From an uncultured Alphaproteobacteria bacterium (GTDB lineage: Bacteria > Pseudomonadota > Alphaproteobacteria > Bin95), in the NCBI GenBank assembly GCA_963807085.1, contig CAWEBB010000032.1, forward strand, positions 168,451-232,450: a stretch of 64,000 bases of DNA. The letters are read 5' to 3'. Shown here one piece after another: positions 40,420 through 50,163 of the stretch. Under the pieces are notes generated by a model that worked only from the letters and a program-made list of their open reading frames with translations, did not search any database and was not told the origin of the DNA. The stretch's first letter is position 1. Every line of letters begins with the position of its first letter. The translations under genes and the position numbers were made by a program.

Positions 40420-42892
40420 CGTTGTTTTCCACATTTTCAGCATCGCGCGCCGCCGCGGTTTTCTCCATAGCCGTGCGCATCTGGCTATATTTGCGCAGCA
40501 GACGGCGAAAGGCGCTGGCGCGCAGCATGAGCAGGTGGGCATATCCCACTGACACCACGTCGGCGCCGCGCGGCCGGTCCTGCAACAGCGCCATCTCGCC
40601 GAAAAAGGCGCCCGGCTCCAGCCTCACCCGCCGAGTCGGAAGGACAACGTCGATCTGTCCCGCGGCGACGAAATAAACGGCCTTGCCGCGTTCCCCGGCC
40701 TTGATGATAGTTTCGTCCGGCGAGGCCAGTTTCGGAATGAGCCGCCCCGCGATCCAGGCGACGTCTTCCTCGCTCAACGACCGCAGCAGGGGGACGCTGC
40801 GGATCATCGTTACCATTTGGTCGCTTAGCTCCAGGCTCGGGCGCTCTTGCGAGCGATGTTCCAAGCGGGCGATGCGCCGTTCATGGGCGTCGAATACCTC
40901 TTGGGTGATCAGCGATTCTTCCAGCCGGGCCGAGTATTCGGCCCGCTCGAGACGAAGCGCCGTGCGTGTCAGTTGGTGCTTGGCCAGCGCCTCCGCATAG
41001 TCGCCGAAGCGGAGGGTCATGGCGCGTAAGGCGTCTTCCACCCGTTGGGCCCGCAGCTCCAGAATTGCCAAAGCTTCCTCGCCGACATCGTTGCCGAAAA
41101 AGCGCGAGGTCGTGCTGTGGACGAAGCCGCGGAGTTCGTTCAGGACGCGCCGGCGCATGAGCAGGAATTCGTACCGGTCCTCAAGCGCGCGCTCCAACGG
41201 TTGCGGAATGCCAAACCAGCGATACAACCGCAGCGTCACCCGAAGGCGGAAGGCGATGGCGAGCGCCTGGTTTGACACATCCAAGTAGGCATCGCGCCCG
41301 GCGCTGCTCGCGGCGTCGCGCAAGCGATCGGCCGAAGTCACCAGCCGCGCAATGACCCGCAGCGACACCATCTGCTCGGCGAAATGGCGCAGATAGAGTG
41401 CGCGCTCCCGCGTTGCCAGCGCGACGAGCGCGATATTGAGGCGGTCTTTGGCGGGCAAGGCCGGGGCGGTTTCGCCTTCGTCGCTGCCATCCAGCGCGGC
41501 CTCGGCGGCGGCCAGGGTCTCGTCGGAGAGGCCGAGCTGCCGGGCGGCCAGATGCAGTTGCCGGGTCCGCCGGAGCTCGGATACCGCCAACACGCGCTCG
41601 CGCATGGCCTCTTCCGCGGGGGTGAGCCGGTCGAGCCCCAGAAAGTGCAGCAGCGGCCGCAGCAGCGGCGCGCTGATGAACAGGGTGAGGCAGACATAGC
41701 CGACCGCAACGCCCGCGACCATCTGGCGGAGCTCCAGCGGCAGATCGACGTTCTCCATCACGGCCAGCGCCAGAATGAGCGTGATCGCGCCCCGCAGCCC
41801 ACCCCAAAGGATGATGGCCTTGAAGCGCTGGTCCACCTTGTCGGCCAGCCGCGCGAAGGTCAGGATCGGCAACAGGCCATAGAGCACCAGCGCCCGCGCC
41901 ACCAATGCCGCGACGAAGACCAGCAGGCAGTCGAGCCAGTTCAACAGGGGAAGGGCCAGCAACAGGCGGGAAACCAGGATGGCGGCGACCAGGAACACCA
42001 CAGAGAGAAAGGCGAACTCCACCCAATTCCAGAACCGCAACAGGGCCTGCCAATTGTTGGGAGGCAGGCGAGAAGGTCCTTCTGCCGCGACGGCCAAACC
42101 GGCAAAGGCGACGGCCACAACGCCGGAAGCGCCGAGCGCCTCATTGGCGATCAAATAGGTCACATAGGGAACGATCAGGGAAAAGGTCTGTTCCAGCACG
42201 CTGTGCCGGCCGCAGGCGGCGAGGCCCATCCATGCCACGCGGGCCATAATTATGCCGGTTGCGGCGCCGATCGCGAAATTGGGTAACGCTGCGAAGGCGA
42301 CCGCCGCCACAGATTGCTCCGTGCTGGCCTGCGCGAACACGGTCAGAGCGGCGAGGAGCGCGATGGCGGACGCATCGTTCAGCAGGCTCTCACCCTCGAC
42401 AATCACCCGCAAACGTTTGGTCGCGCCCAAATCCCGGAAGACGGCGACGACGGCGGCAGGGTCGGTGGTGGCGATGATCGCCCCCAGCATCAGCGCGCCG
42501 AGCCAGCTGAAGTTCGAAAAGCTTGTCAGCGCCGCGCCGACCACGACCGTCGTCACCAGAACCGCGACCACGGCCAGCAGGAGCACGGCCCAGACCTCAT
42601 CCATCAGCAGGCGTACATCGACCTGCAGACCGGCGGCGAACAGCAGGGGCGGCAGAAACAGCAGTAAGAACTCGCGTGCGGTCATGCCGAACGCCTGCAG
42701 GCTGCCGGCGGCATCGCCCGCCAGCAGCGGCGGCAGGTAGCCCGAGCCGATCCCGATCAGGCCGACGGTCAGACCGGCGGCGGCCAACAGCACGCTGTGC
42801 GGCAGCCGCACGCGCTGTGCCAGCGGCGCGAGCAGGCACGACGCGAGCAGCAACAGCGCGAGCGCGATGAGGGTTTCGACCATGGCGAACAT
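40412..42892 (-). CDS. CPA1-type Na+/H+ exchanger fused to a C-terminal cyclic-nucleotide-binding domain
   Basis: The N-terminal half is a Na+/H+ exchanger with about 12 TM segments. The C-terminus 'VYFVAAGQIDVVLPTRRVRLEPGAFFGEMALLQDRPRGADVVSVGYAHLLML' is a CAP/cNMP-binding fold. The start is taken at 'MFAMVETL'. Confidence 0.7.
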   Translation of the reverse strand: MFAMVETLIALALLLLASCLLAPLAQRVRLPHSVLLAAAGLTVGLIGIGSGYLPPLLAGDAAGSLQAFGMTAREFLLLFLPPLLFAAGLQVDVRLLMDEVWAVLLLAVVAVLVTTVVVGAALTSFSNFSWLGALMLGAIIATTDPAAVVAVFRDLGATKRLRVIVEGESLLNDASAIALLAALTVFAQASTEQSVAAVAFAALPNFAIGAATGIIMARVAWMGLAACGRHSVLEQTFSLIVPYVTYLIANEALGASGVVAVAFAGLAVAAEGPSRLPPNNWQALLRFWNWVEFAFLSVVFLVAAILVSRLLLALPLLNWLDCLLVFVAALVARALVLYGLLPILTFARLADKVDQRFKAIILWGGLRGAITLILALAVMENVDLPLELRQMVAGVAVGYVCLTLFISAPLLRPLLHFLGLDRLTPAEEAMRERVLAVSELRRTRQLHLAARQLGLSDETLAAAEAALDGSDEGETAPALPAKDRLNIALVALATRERALYLRHFAEQMVSLRVIARLVTSADRLRDAASSAGRDAYLDVSNQALAIAFRLRVTLRLYRWFGIPQPLERALEDRYEFLLMRRRVLNELRGFVHSTTSRFFGNDVGEEALAILELRAQRVEDALRAMTLRFGDYAEALAKHQLTRTALRLERAEYSARLEESLITQEVFDAHERRIARLEHRSQERPSLELSDQMVTMIRSVPLLRSLSEEDVAWIAGRLIPKLASPDETIIKAGERGKAVYFVAAGQIDVVLPTRRVRLEPGAFFGEMALLQDRPRGADVVSVGYAHLLMLRASAFRRLLRKYSQMRTAMEKTAAARDAENVENNES

Positions 42893-42975
42893 GAGAACTA
42901 CTCTTAGGTGCTTGCTTCGCCGTGCACCAGTCGGCAAAGCTATATCGGCTTATCAAGCGCAAAAGGAGCGAGGTG

Positions 42976-43866
42976 ATGAAGCTGGATGTCATCGGCGTGA
43001 TGAGCCCCGGCGATATGGGGCATGGCGTCGGCAGAGCGTTGCGGGAATCGGGCCGGCGCGTACTGACCAATCTTACCGGACGCAGCGAGCGCACCCGGAG
43101 TCTTGCCGCGGAAGCGGGGCTGGAGGACGCCGGCAGCCTGGACGTCCTCATGGCTGAGGCGGACCTGGTGCTCTCGATCATGCCGCCGGCGGCGGCCGAA
43201 AATTTTGCCGAGGAAGCGGCAGCGGCCATGGCGGCCGCGGGCCGCCGTCCACCGTACGCCGACATGAACGCGATTGCGCCCGCGACCTCGGCCGCGATCG
43301 GCGGCATCATCACCGGTGCGGGCGCGCCCTATATAGACGGCGGCATTATCGGGCGGTCGCCCGGCAAGGGTGCACCGCCACGGCTGTATGTTTCCGGCCC
43401 GGACGCCGAGCCGTTGGAGCAACTCACCACCGAAACCATGCTCTGGCGGTTCGTCAGCCCGGAGGCGGGGCGGGCATCCACCCTCAAAATGCTCTATGCC
43501 GGCCTGAACAAGGGCACCTGGGCGTTGCAGGCGACCATGGCCATCGCGGCGGAGCGTTACGGCCTGTTCGACGCCTTCATGGGCGAGGTATCGGACAGCA
43601 ACCCCCGTCGCGCGGAAGAGATGGAAGCCTGGATCGGGTTCCTGGCGGCGGACGCGCAACGCTGGCACCCGGAGATGGTCGAAATCGCCGAAACGCTGGC
43701 GGCGGTCGATGCGCCCGTGGGCTTTCACCGCGGCGCGGAAGAACTGTTCCGGCTGCTGGCGGATACGCCGCTTGCCAAGGAAACGCGCGAAACCTGGGAC
43801 CGCGGCCGCTCGATGCAGGAATCGGTTCGGATTTTCGCCGAAACCTTGAAAAAACGCGGCCAGTAG
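42976..43866 (+). CDS. NAD(P)-binding oxidoreductase (6PGDH-like Rossmann + DUF1932)
   Basis: 'MKLDVIGVMSPGDMGHGVGRAL' is a Rossmann GxGxxG motif in the HIBADH/6PGDH-like fold. Confidence 0.55.
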   Translation: MKLDVIGVMSPGDMGHGVGRALRESGRRVLTNLTGRSERTRSLAAEAGLEDAGSLDVLMAEADLVLSIMPPAAAENFAEEAAAAMAAAGRRPPYADMNAIAPATSAAIGGIITGAGAPYIDGGIIGRSPGKGAPPRLYVSGPDAEPLEQLTTETMLWRFVSPEAGRASTLKMLYAGLNKGTWALQATMAIAAERYGLFDAFMGEVSDSNPRRAEEMEAWIGFLAADAQRWHPEMVEIAETLAAVDAPVGFHRGAEELFRLLADTPLAKETRETWDRGRSMQESVRIFAETLKKRGQ

Positions 43867-43946
43867 GCACCTTTTGCCGACTTGCGCACTTGGCGAGATT
43901 CGGCGATAGCTTGGTCAGCGAAAAATCAATTGGAAAGGCTGCCTGC

Positions 43947-44399
43947 ATGTTGGAAGTTGAAACCCCCGCCGATATGAAAGACCATGTCGGAAAAGAGTTG
44001 GGTGTAAGCGATTGGGTGTTGATCGACCAGGAACGCATCAATCGCTTTGCCGATGCGACCGACGACCATCAGTGGATCCATGTCGATGCGGAGCGGGCGG
44101 CGAGGGAACTGCCGACCAAGTCCACCATCGCGCATGGCTATCTGACCATGTCTCTGGTGGCGGGCTTGCGAACCTTCCGGATCAAGAATTTTACCAACAT
44201 GATCAATTACGGCGCGAACCGGGTCCGTTTCACCAACATGGTGCCGGTCAACAGTCGTGTCCGCATGCGTACCAAGCTGAAGGCGGCAGACGAGATGAAG
44301 GGCGGCGGCGTGCGCCTGACCTGCGAGCAGACGATCGAAATCGACGGGCAAGAGCGTCCTGCCATGGTCGCCGAAACCCTGATGATTGCTTTTTCCTGA
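43947..44399 (+). CDS. MaoC-like (R)-specific dehydratase
   Basis: 'DWVLIDQERINRFADATDDHQWIHVDAERAA' is the MaoC hot-dog signature. Confidence 0.7.
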   Translation: MLEVETPADMKDHVGKELGVSDWVLIDQERINRFADATDDHQWIHVDAERAARELPTKSTIAHGYLTMSLVAGLRTFRIKNFTNMINYGANRVRFTNMVPVNSRVRMRTKLKAADEMKGGGVRLTCEQTIEIDGQERPAMVAETLMIAFS

Positions 44400-44455
44400 T
44401 CCGCCAGTCTTTGCCGTCGAGGACAAAACGGTGAGGGTGGCCTGCCGGGCCGTCC

Positions 44456-45295
44456 TTATGGTTTGCCGGCGATCAACGCACCGATTTCCTTGCCGCCGGT
44501 CGCCTCGCGCCGGAAGGTGAAAACACCCTCGGCCATCACTTCCTTGGCGGCCCGCAGAAAGGCGCTGTAGGCCGCGTTGGCGAAAGCGCCGCCGACACTG
44601 ATGCGCTTCACACCGACTTCGGCGAGCTGTGCCACCGTGTTCCGGTCGAGCCCTGCCCCGACCAGCACGTTCACCGGCCGGTCGACCGACTGAACGACGC
44701 TGCGAACCTCGTCCAGGTTTGCCAGGCCCGGCGCATAGAGCACGTCCGCCCCGGCCTCCTGGTAGGCCTGCAGGCGTTTGATCGTGTCATCCAGGGCCGT
44801 TACGCCCCGGATATGGTTCTCCGCCCGCGCCACCAGCAAAAAGTCGTGCGGCAAGGCGCGCGCGGCCTCGGCGGCGGCTTGCACGCGCTCGACCGCCTCC
44901 TCCAGGCGCTGAATGCGCGGCTCGCCATTGTTGCGCGAGGCCGGATACCAATCCTCGACCGAGCCGCCGACCAGCCCCGCCTCCGCGCCAATCCGGATGG
45001 TCTCGGCGACGCCCTCGGGCGTGTCGACAAAGCCGTCCTCCATGTCGGCGGCGAGCGGCAGGTCCGTCGCCGCGGCCAGCAGGCGGCAATGCTCCAGAAA
45101 CGCTTCCCGCGTCACCTGGCCGTCCAGCAGTCCCATGCTCCAGGCCATGCCGCTGGATGTGGTTGTGAGCGCCTTGTAGCCAAGCCCGGCCAGGATCTTG
45201 GCCGAGCCAACATCCCAGGGGTTGGGAATGACGAAGATGCCGGGCTCCTCATGCAGGACGCGGAAGGCTTGGGCTTTTCCGGTTTGGCTGAGCAT
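44456..45295 (-). CDS. isocitrate lyase / PEP mutase family protein
   Basis: 'FVIPNPWDVGSAKILAGLGYKALTTTSSGMAWSMG' is typical of the ICL/PEPM superfamily (methylisocitrate lyase / carboxyPEP mutase type). Confidence 0.7.
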   Translation of the reverse strand: MLSQTGKAQAFRVLHEEPGIFVIPNPWDVGSAKILAGLGYKALTTTSSGMAWSMGLLDGQVTREAFLEHCRLLAAATDLPLAADMEDGFVDTPEGVAETIRIGAEAGLVGGSVEDWYPASRNNGEPRIQRLEEAVERVQAAAEAARALPHDFLLVARAENHIRGVTALDDTIKRLQAYQEAGADVLYAPGLANLDEVRSVVQSVDRPVNVLVGAGLDRNTVAQLAEVGVKRISVGGAFANAAYSAFLRAAKEVMAEGVFTFRREATGGKEIGALIAGKP

Positions 45296-45384
45296 TGGCT
45301 TGCGCTCCTATGGTTTGCTGACGTCTTGACCCGATCATGACAACATCGATGATGCTGCCCAACTTGTAAATTGGAGGATCCTCG

Positions 45385-46480
45385 ATGGGTGTTGTGATAC
45401 CCGTTGACCGGCTCAATGCCGTCATTACGCAGATTTTCGAGCACACAGCGTGCGGCCCGGCCGAAGCCAGGCTGATTGCCAAGTATCTGATCGACGCGAA
45501 CCTGACCGGGCACGACAGCCACGGCGTGCTGCGCACCAGCCGCTATGTCAAGTGGCTGGATCAGGGCCTGTTCAAGGCCGGCCGCTCGATCAGGATCGTC
45601 AGCGAAAACGACGCCATGGCGATCATCGACGGCGAGTCGGGCATGGGCCATTGGGTGGCGAACCAGGCGGTCAACTTCGGCATCGAAAAGGCCAAGGCCA
45701 ACGGTTGCTACATCGTCGCGTTGCGCAATGCGGGCCACATCGGCCGCGTCGGCTCGTGGGCAATCAACGCGGCGGCGGAGGGGCTGGTCTCGATCCACTT
45801 CGCCAATGCACGCGGCAGCGTACTGGTGGCTCCGTTCGGCGGCACGGAACGCCGCTTTTCCACTGCGCCCTTCTGTGTGGGCGTGCCGCGCAAGGGCAAG
45901 CCGCCGGTGATCCTGGACTTCGCTACCTCGATCGTCGCCGAGGGCAAGGTGATGGTTGCGGCCAAGGGCGGCAAGCCGCTGCCGGAGGGCGCGCTGATCG
46001 ACGAAAGCGGCGCACTCTCAACCGCACCCGGAGACGCTGTACGGCAAGGCCGGCCCGGATGCGCCGGTGGATTTGCGGGACGGCAAGGGCGCGATCCGCG
46101 CGTTCGGCGACCACAAGGGCTCCGGCCTCGCGCTAATGTGCGAGCTGTTGGGCGGGGCGCTGACCGGCAATGGCACCGCCGGCCCACCGGGACGCCCATT
46201 TGCGAATGGGATGCTGTCGATCTACATCGACGCCGCCACCATGGACGACCAGGGCGGCTTCGCCGATGAGGTCGCCCAATACGTGGACTTCGTCCTATCG
46301 TCCAATCCGGCCGACCCTGCAAAGCCGGTGATGGTGCCGGGCGATCCTGAACGCGCCACCGAAGCCGAACGGCGCGCCAACGGCATACCTTTGTCCGATG
46401 AAGCCTGGGCCTCCATCCAGGAAGCGGCCGCGCTGGTTGGCATCAACGACGCTGATTTCGCCGCTACCGCGGGGCTTTAG
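45385..46480 (+). pseudogene. Ldh2-family (malate/L-lactate/sulfolactate dehydrogenase type 2) oxidoreductase, one frameshift near 46030
   Basis: ORFs 45385..46269 and 46067..46480 join at '...GALSTAPGD' and 'TLYGKAGPDAPVDLRDGKGAIRAFGDHKGSGLALM'. An apparent extra G sits in 'accGcacccgg'. Confidence 0.6.
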
Positions 46481-46586
46481 GTGCATCACCGTGAGCCTGC
46501 GTTTGTTAGATGTGCGCGAAGGGCGTTTATGATAGTATGCCACAGAAACGATAGAACGCCTGCGCCACAAGCTGGGAGAGGACACC

Positions 46587-47006
46587 ATGTCAGCGTTTGA
46601 AAATGCGAAGCAATTTTTAGAGGCCTGTGATGCGGGTAAAGGATGGGAGGGCTGCAAGGACTACGCCGCGAGCGATGCATCGTTTACGTGTCAGGCGGAC
46701 GCGCTGGCCGATGTCTCCACGGTCGAGGACTATTGCGAGTGGATGCGACGCTTGATTGAGGAGCCGATGCCGGACGCCAGCTATACGCTTCATGCCGCGT
46801 CGTTCGACGAAGCCAACAATGCCGCCATCTTCGCGGCCACCTTTCACGCGACACATACCGCCGAGGGTGGTCCTGTCCCCGCGACCTTCAACAAAACAAA
46901 TACTGACTACGTCTATGTTTTAAAGATGAATGGCGAGGGCAAGGTTCAGAAGATGAGGAAGATCTGGAATGACGCATACGCCCTGTCAGAACTTGGCTGG
47001 GCGTAG
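46587..47006 (+). CDS. SnoaL-like / NTF2-fold protein
   Basis: 139 aa with a small alpha+beta cone-fold pattern. This is a weak family call. Confidence 0.45.
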   Translation: MSAFENAKQFLEACDAGKGWEGCKDYAASDASFTCQADALADVSTVEDYCEWMRRLIEEPMPDASYTLHAASFDEANNAAIFAATFHATHTAEGGPVPATFNKTNTDYVYVLKMNGEGKVQKMRKIWNDAYALSELGWA

Positions 47007-47071
47007 AACCCTGGGAATGGCGGGTTGCTTGCTGAGCGCGGGCTTGGTGGCAGCACAGAAAGGAACAAACC

Positions 47072-47941
47072 ATGACCACAGTATCCGCACGCGATGCGCC
47101 CAACGCTGGCGAGGCTGCCTTTTGGGCATCGCAGGGCGGGCAGAAATGGGTCGACTACCAGGAAAGCCTGGACCGGCTATATGGCGGCATCACCGAGGCG
47201 CTGCTGCGGGAGGCAGCACCGCAGCCGGGGGAACACGTGCTGGATCTGGGCTGCGGAACTGGTGCCACGACTTTCGCCTTCTCAAAGCACATCGCTCCCG
47301 ATGGCACCATCACCGGCCTGGACTTTTCGCCTGTGATGCTCGGGCTTGCGCGTATTCGCGCTGAGAATCCCGGCACCGCCGGCCTGACCTTTCGGGAGGC
47401 TGACGCGCAAACCTTCCCGTTCGAGCCGGATTCGTACAATTTGCTGGTCTCGCGCTTCGGCTGCATGTTTTTCAATAATCCGGTGCAAGCATTTCGAAAC
47501 CTTCGCTCCGCCTTGCGTCCTGGCGCACGGGTTCGGCTCGCAACCTGGGCAGCAATGGCGGAAAATCCGTGGATGGCCATTCCACGGGACATCGCCGTTG
47601 CACGTCTGGGAGCGCCGCCAAAGGCAGCGCCGACCGCGCCGGGGCCTTTCGCCTTCGCCGACCCGGGTTATGCCATGGGCATCCTGACAGAGGCGGGCTA
47701 TATGGGTGTTGAAGCCGCACCGCTCCGCGTCGAACTGGTGGCACCTGACACAATCGAGGAGGCAGGAAGGCTGGCATCCGAGGTAGGGCCTGTCGCTCGA
47801 GTCATACTAGCTAGGAACGGGACGGCGGAGGACGCTGCGGCCATTGCCGAAGCCGTTACCGCGGCACTTTTGCCTTACAGGCGGCCGGACGGAATCCGCG
47901 TGCCGGCGGCACTCCACCTATTCTCGGCCCGGCGCCCGTAA
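47072..47941 (+). CDS. class I SAM-dependent methyltransferase
   Basis: Motif I 'VLDLGCGTGATT'. Confidence 0.7.
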   Translation: MTTVSARDAPNAGEAAFWASQGGQKWVDYQESLDRLYGGITEALLREAAPQPGEHVLDLGCGTGATTFAFSKHIAPDGTITGLDFSPVMLGLARIRAENPGTAGLTFREADAQTFPFEPDSYNLLVSRFGCMFFNNPVQAFRNLRSALRPGARVRLATWAAMAENPWMAIPRDIAVARLGAPPKAAPTAPGPFAFADPGYAMGILTEAGYMGVEAAPLRVELVAPDTIEEAGRLASEVGPVARVILARNGTAEDAAAIAEAVTAALLPYRRPDGIRVPAALHLFSARRP

Positions 47942-47965
47942 AGTTCGAGCGCCCTTAAGCTAATC

Positions 47966-48823
47966 TCAGTCCGTCTGCAGCCGCCAGACCTTGCCGTCGC
48001 GCTTCAGGTGCCCGGCGGTGGGGGTGTGGAAGTGGGTGCCGATGACCAGCGTCAGCGTGTCGGCTAGGCGGTTGTACATGTTCAAACGCGTCGCATAGCC
48101 TTGGGCAACGTCCCAATCGGGTGCGCTCGGCCATTCCGGGTGCGCGAACTGACAGGGATGGTGCAGGAAGTCCCCGGTGATGATCGCGCTCTCGCCGTCG
48201 CTCTCGATCATGACGCTGGCGTGGCCGGGCGTGTGGCCGGGGGTCGGGATCAGGCGCACCTCCGGGCAGAGCGCATGGTCTTGCGTTACGAGCGTTTGCA
48301 GGCCGGCCTCGACAATGGGCGTGACCGAGTCTGTCATCACCTGGTGCTGGCCGTCCCGGTCGTGAGTCATCCAGTGATTGTATTCCTTCTCGCCGAACAG
48401 ATACTGGGCGTTTTTGAAGGTCGGAACCCATTTGCCGCCCTCCCATTTCGTATTCCAGCCGACATGGTCGATATGCAGATGGGTGCAGAGCACCGTATCT
48501 ATGCTGTCTGCCGGATAGCCCGCCGCCTCCAGGTCTTGCAGAAAGGCCGTCTGGAGCTTGTTCCAGGCGGGCACGGCCCGTTCCTTGTCGTTGCCGACGC
48601 AGGTATCCACGATGATCCTGCGCTCGCCCGTGTCGATGACCAGCGAGTGAATGGCGCCGCGCATGCGGCCTTCCTCGTCCGCGAAATTCGGATAAAGCCA
48701 GTCGATCTCTTTCAACTTGTCTTTGGTCGCATCGGGAATGATGCGGGACATGCCGCCGGTGGCTTCGATTTCCACAATTCGGGTGATTTTGACCGCGCCA
48801 ACGCGCCAGACTTCGCCGACCAT
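47966..48823 (-). CDS. MBL-fold metallo-hydrolase (N-acyl-homoserine-lactonase-like)
   Basis: 'CTHLHIDHVGW' is the HxHxDH zinc motif. Size and context fit AttM/AiiB-type lactonases. Confidence 0.6.
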   Translation of the reverse strand: MVGEVWRVGAVKITRIVEIEATGGMSRIIPDATKDKLKEIDWLYPNFADEEGRMRGAIHSLVIDTGERRIIVDTCVGNDKERAVPAWNKLQTAFLQDLEAAGYPADSIDTVLCTHLHIDHVGWNTKWEGGKWVPTFKNAQYLFGEKEYNHWMTHDRDGQHQVMTDSVTPIVEAGLQTLVTQDHALCPEVRLIPTPGHTPGHASVMIESDGESAIITGDFLHHPCQFAHPEWPSAPDWDVAQGYATRLNMYNRLADTLTLVIGTHFHTPTAGHLKRDGKVWRLQTD

Positions 48824-48916
48824 GAACTTACCTCATGCTAAGGGTTTTCATACCAAATGTTTAGGGGCAGGGTACACTCGGATCGGATGGTCACGCCATG
48901 CCTTATCGGAGGAAAG

Positions 48917-49117
48917 ATGGCCGAAATCGTACACCTCAACCGCGCGCGCAAGGCAAAGGCGCGGGCGGGGAAGGAAACCAGGGCTGCCGCCAAGCGGGCA
49001 AAACACGGCCGGACCAAGGTGGAGAAGGCGCGAGAACGGTTGGAAGGCGAGCGTGCGCGGCAGGTCGTGGATGGGGCGCAACGCAAGCCTGACGATGGTG
49101 CGGGAACGGTGGACTGA
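48917..49117 (+). CDS. DUF4169 family small protein
   Basis: 'MAEIVHLNRARKAKARAGKETRAAAKRAKHGRTKVEKARERLEGERAR' matches the DUF4169 consensus, and a GGAGGAAAG RBS is present. Confidence 0.55.
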   Translation: MAEIVHLNRARKAKARAGKETRAAAKRAKHGRTKVEKARERLEGERARQVVDGAQRKPDDGAGTVD

Positions 49118-49188
49118 TCATTGGGATAGGAGGCCAGCATCTGCGCGTCCTCCTGGCGGCGATGGCTCCCTTTCCGAAAGACGAGTGG

Positions 49189-49260
49189 CTGGGGTGGCTG
49201 GATTCGAACCAGCGCATGGCGGCACCAAAAGCCGCTGCCTTACCGCTTGGCTACACCCCA
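49189..49260 (-). tRNA. tRNA-Gln (anticodon TTG)
   Basis: Reverse complement TGGGGTG-TA-GCCAAGCGGTAAGGC-A-GCGGC-TTTTGGT-GCCGC-CATGC-GCTGG-TTCGAAT-CCAGC-CACCCCA-G. The U1:A72 pair is typical of bacterial tRNA-Gln, and CCA follows. Confidence 0.8.
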
Positions 49261-49661
49261 ATCGCCCGCGCCGCGTTTCAGCTGCGAGGAGCAGTGATAT
49301 GCCAGCACTGCCTGTTCAATTCAAGCCCGAAGGCTTGCATCTGAAGGCGGCTGGTCTGATTGTTCCGTTGAGACCTTCGACCGCCGTTCAAGGTTTTCGT
49401 TCGCATAATACCAATACACTCGTTCATAAAATATGGATTATAGGTGGTTATCTCGCGAAAATTCGGGCGGAGCACCCGCCGATCCGGCTGAACGACCTGG
49501 TCACCCATGCTGCCGGGCTGCCGCCGCATACCTACAGTTGATGGCCGGAGCATCCGGCTGAGCCCTCCGGCCGCAGCGCATGCACGCGCCTGACGGGATG
49601 CTCGAGGAGATGGGTGCGAGATGTGTGCGAAGACAGGGCTTGAAAACCGGAGGGAATTACT

Positions 49662-49694
49662 CCAATTAAACCGTATCGTTCCAGTACGGATTGG
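49662..49694. promoter_or_regulatory. imperfect palindrome CCAATTAAACCGTATCG-TTCCAG-TACGGATTGG just upstream of the rrf2-suf operon
   Basis: Inverted arms CCAAT/ATTGG and CCGTA/TACGG. It is a candidate Rrf2 operator only. Confidence 0.3.
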
Positions 49695-49707
49695 ATTTCG
49701 CGGCCCC

Positions 49708-50163
49708 ATGTTCCGCATGAGCAAGATGACAGATTACGGCGTTGTCGTTCTGGGCCTGCTGGCCGGCAAGCGCGAAAGGCTGGTGAGTGCGCCCGAAATC
49801 GCGGAGGGCACCGGCCTGCCCGGCGCGACGGTCAGCCAGGTGTTGAAGACCTTGGGGGCGGCCGGCTTGGTGGCCTCGCATCGCGGCGCGCGCGGCGGCT
49901 ATGAACTGGCGAGAGAGCCCGATCAGGTCACCGTGCGCGAACTGGTAGTGGCCTTCGAAGGGCCGCTCGCCGTGACCGCCTGCGTCGAAGGGGCGGAGGA
50001 GAGTTGCGCCGTTGAACCGCTTTGCCTGCTGGCTGGTGGCTGGGAGCAGGTGAACAGCGCCATCCGAACCGCGCTGGACAGCGTTACACTGGCGGATCTG
50101 CTCCGCCCGATCACCCATTTTGGGCGGCACGATGCCGCCGTCAAACCGGAGGCACGTCCATGA
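49708..50163 (+). CDS. Rrf2 family transcriptional regulator (IscR/SufR-like), first gene of the suf operon
   Basis: '[63 protein letters not shown]' is an Rrf2 wHTH. A Cys cluster '[16 protein letters not shown]' could ligate an Fe-S cluster. The stop overlaps sufB. Confidence 0.7.
   Translation: MFRMSKMTDYGVVVLGLLAGKRERLVSAPEIAEGTGLPGATVSQVLKTLGAAGLVASHRGARGGYELAREPDQVTVRELVVAFEGPLAVTACVEGAEESCAVEPLCLLAGGWEQVNSAIRTALDSVTLADLLRPITHFGRHDAAVKPEARP

Noticed and set aside
49299-49541. 81-aa ORF with atypically low third-position GC, between tRNA-Gln and rrf2
   Set aside because: There is no recognisable domain or RBS. Its codon usage is unlike all confident genes in the window, so it is more likely AT-rich promoter or leader DNA for the suf operon than a gene. 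This cannot be fully excluded.
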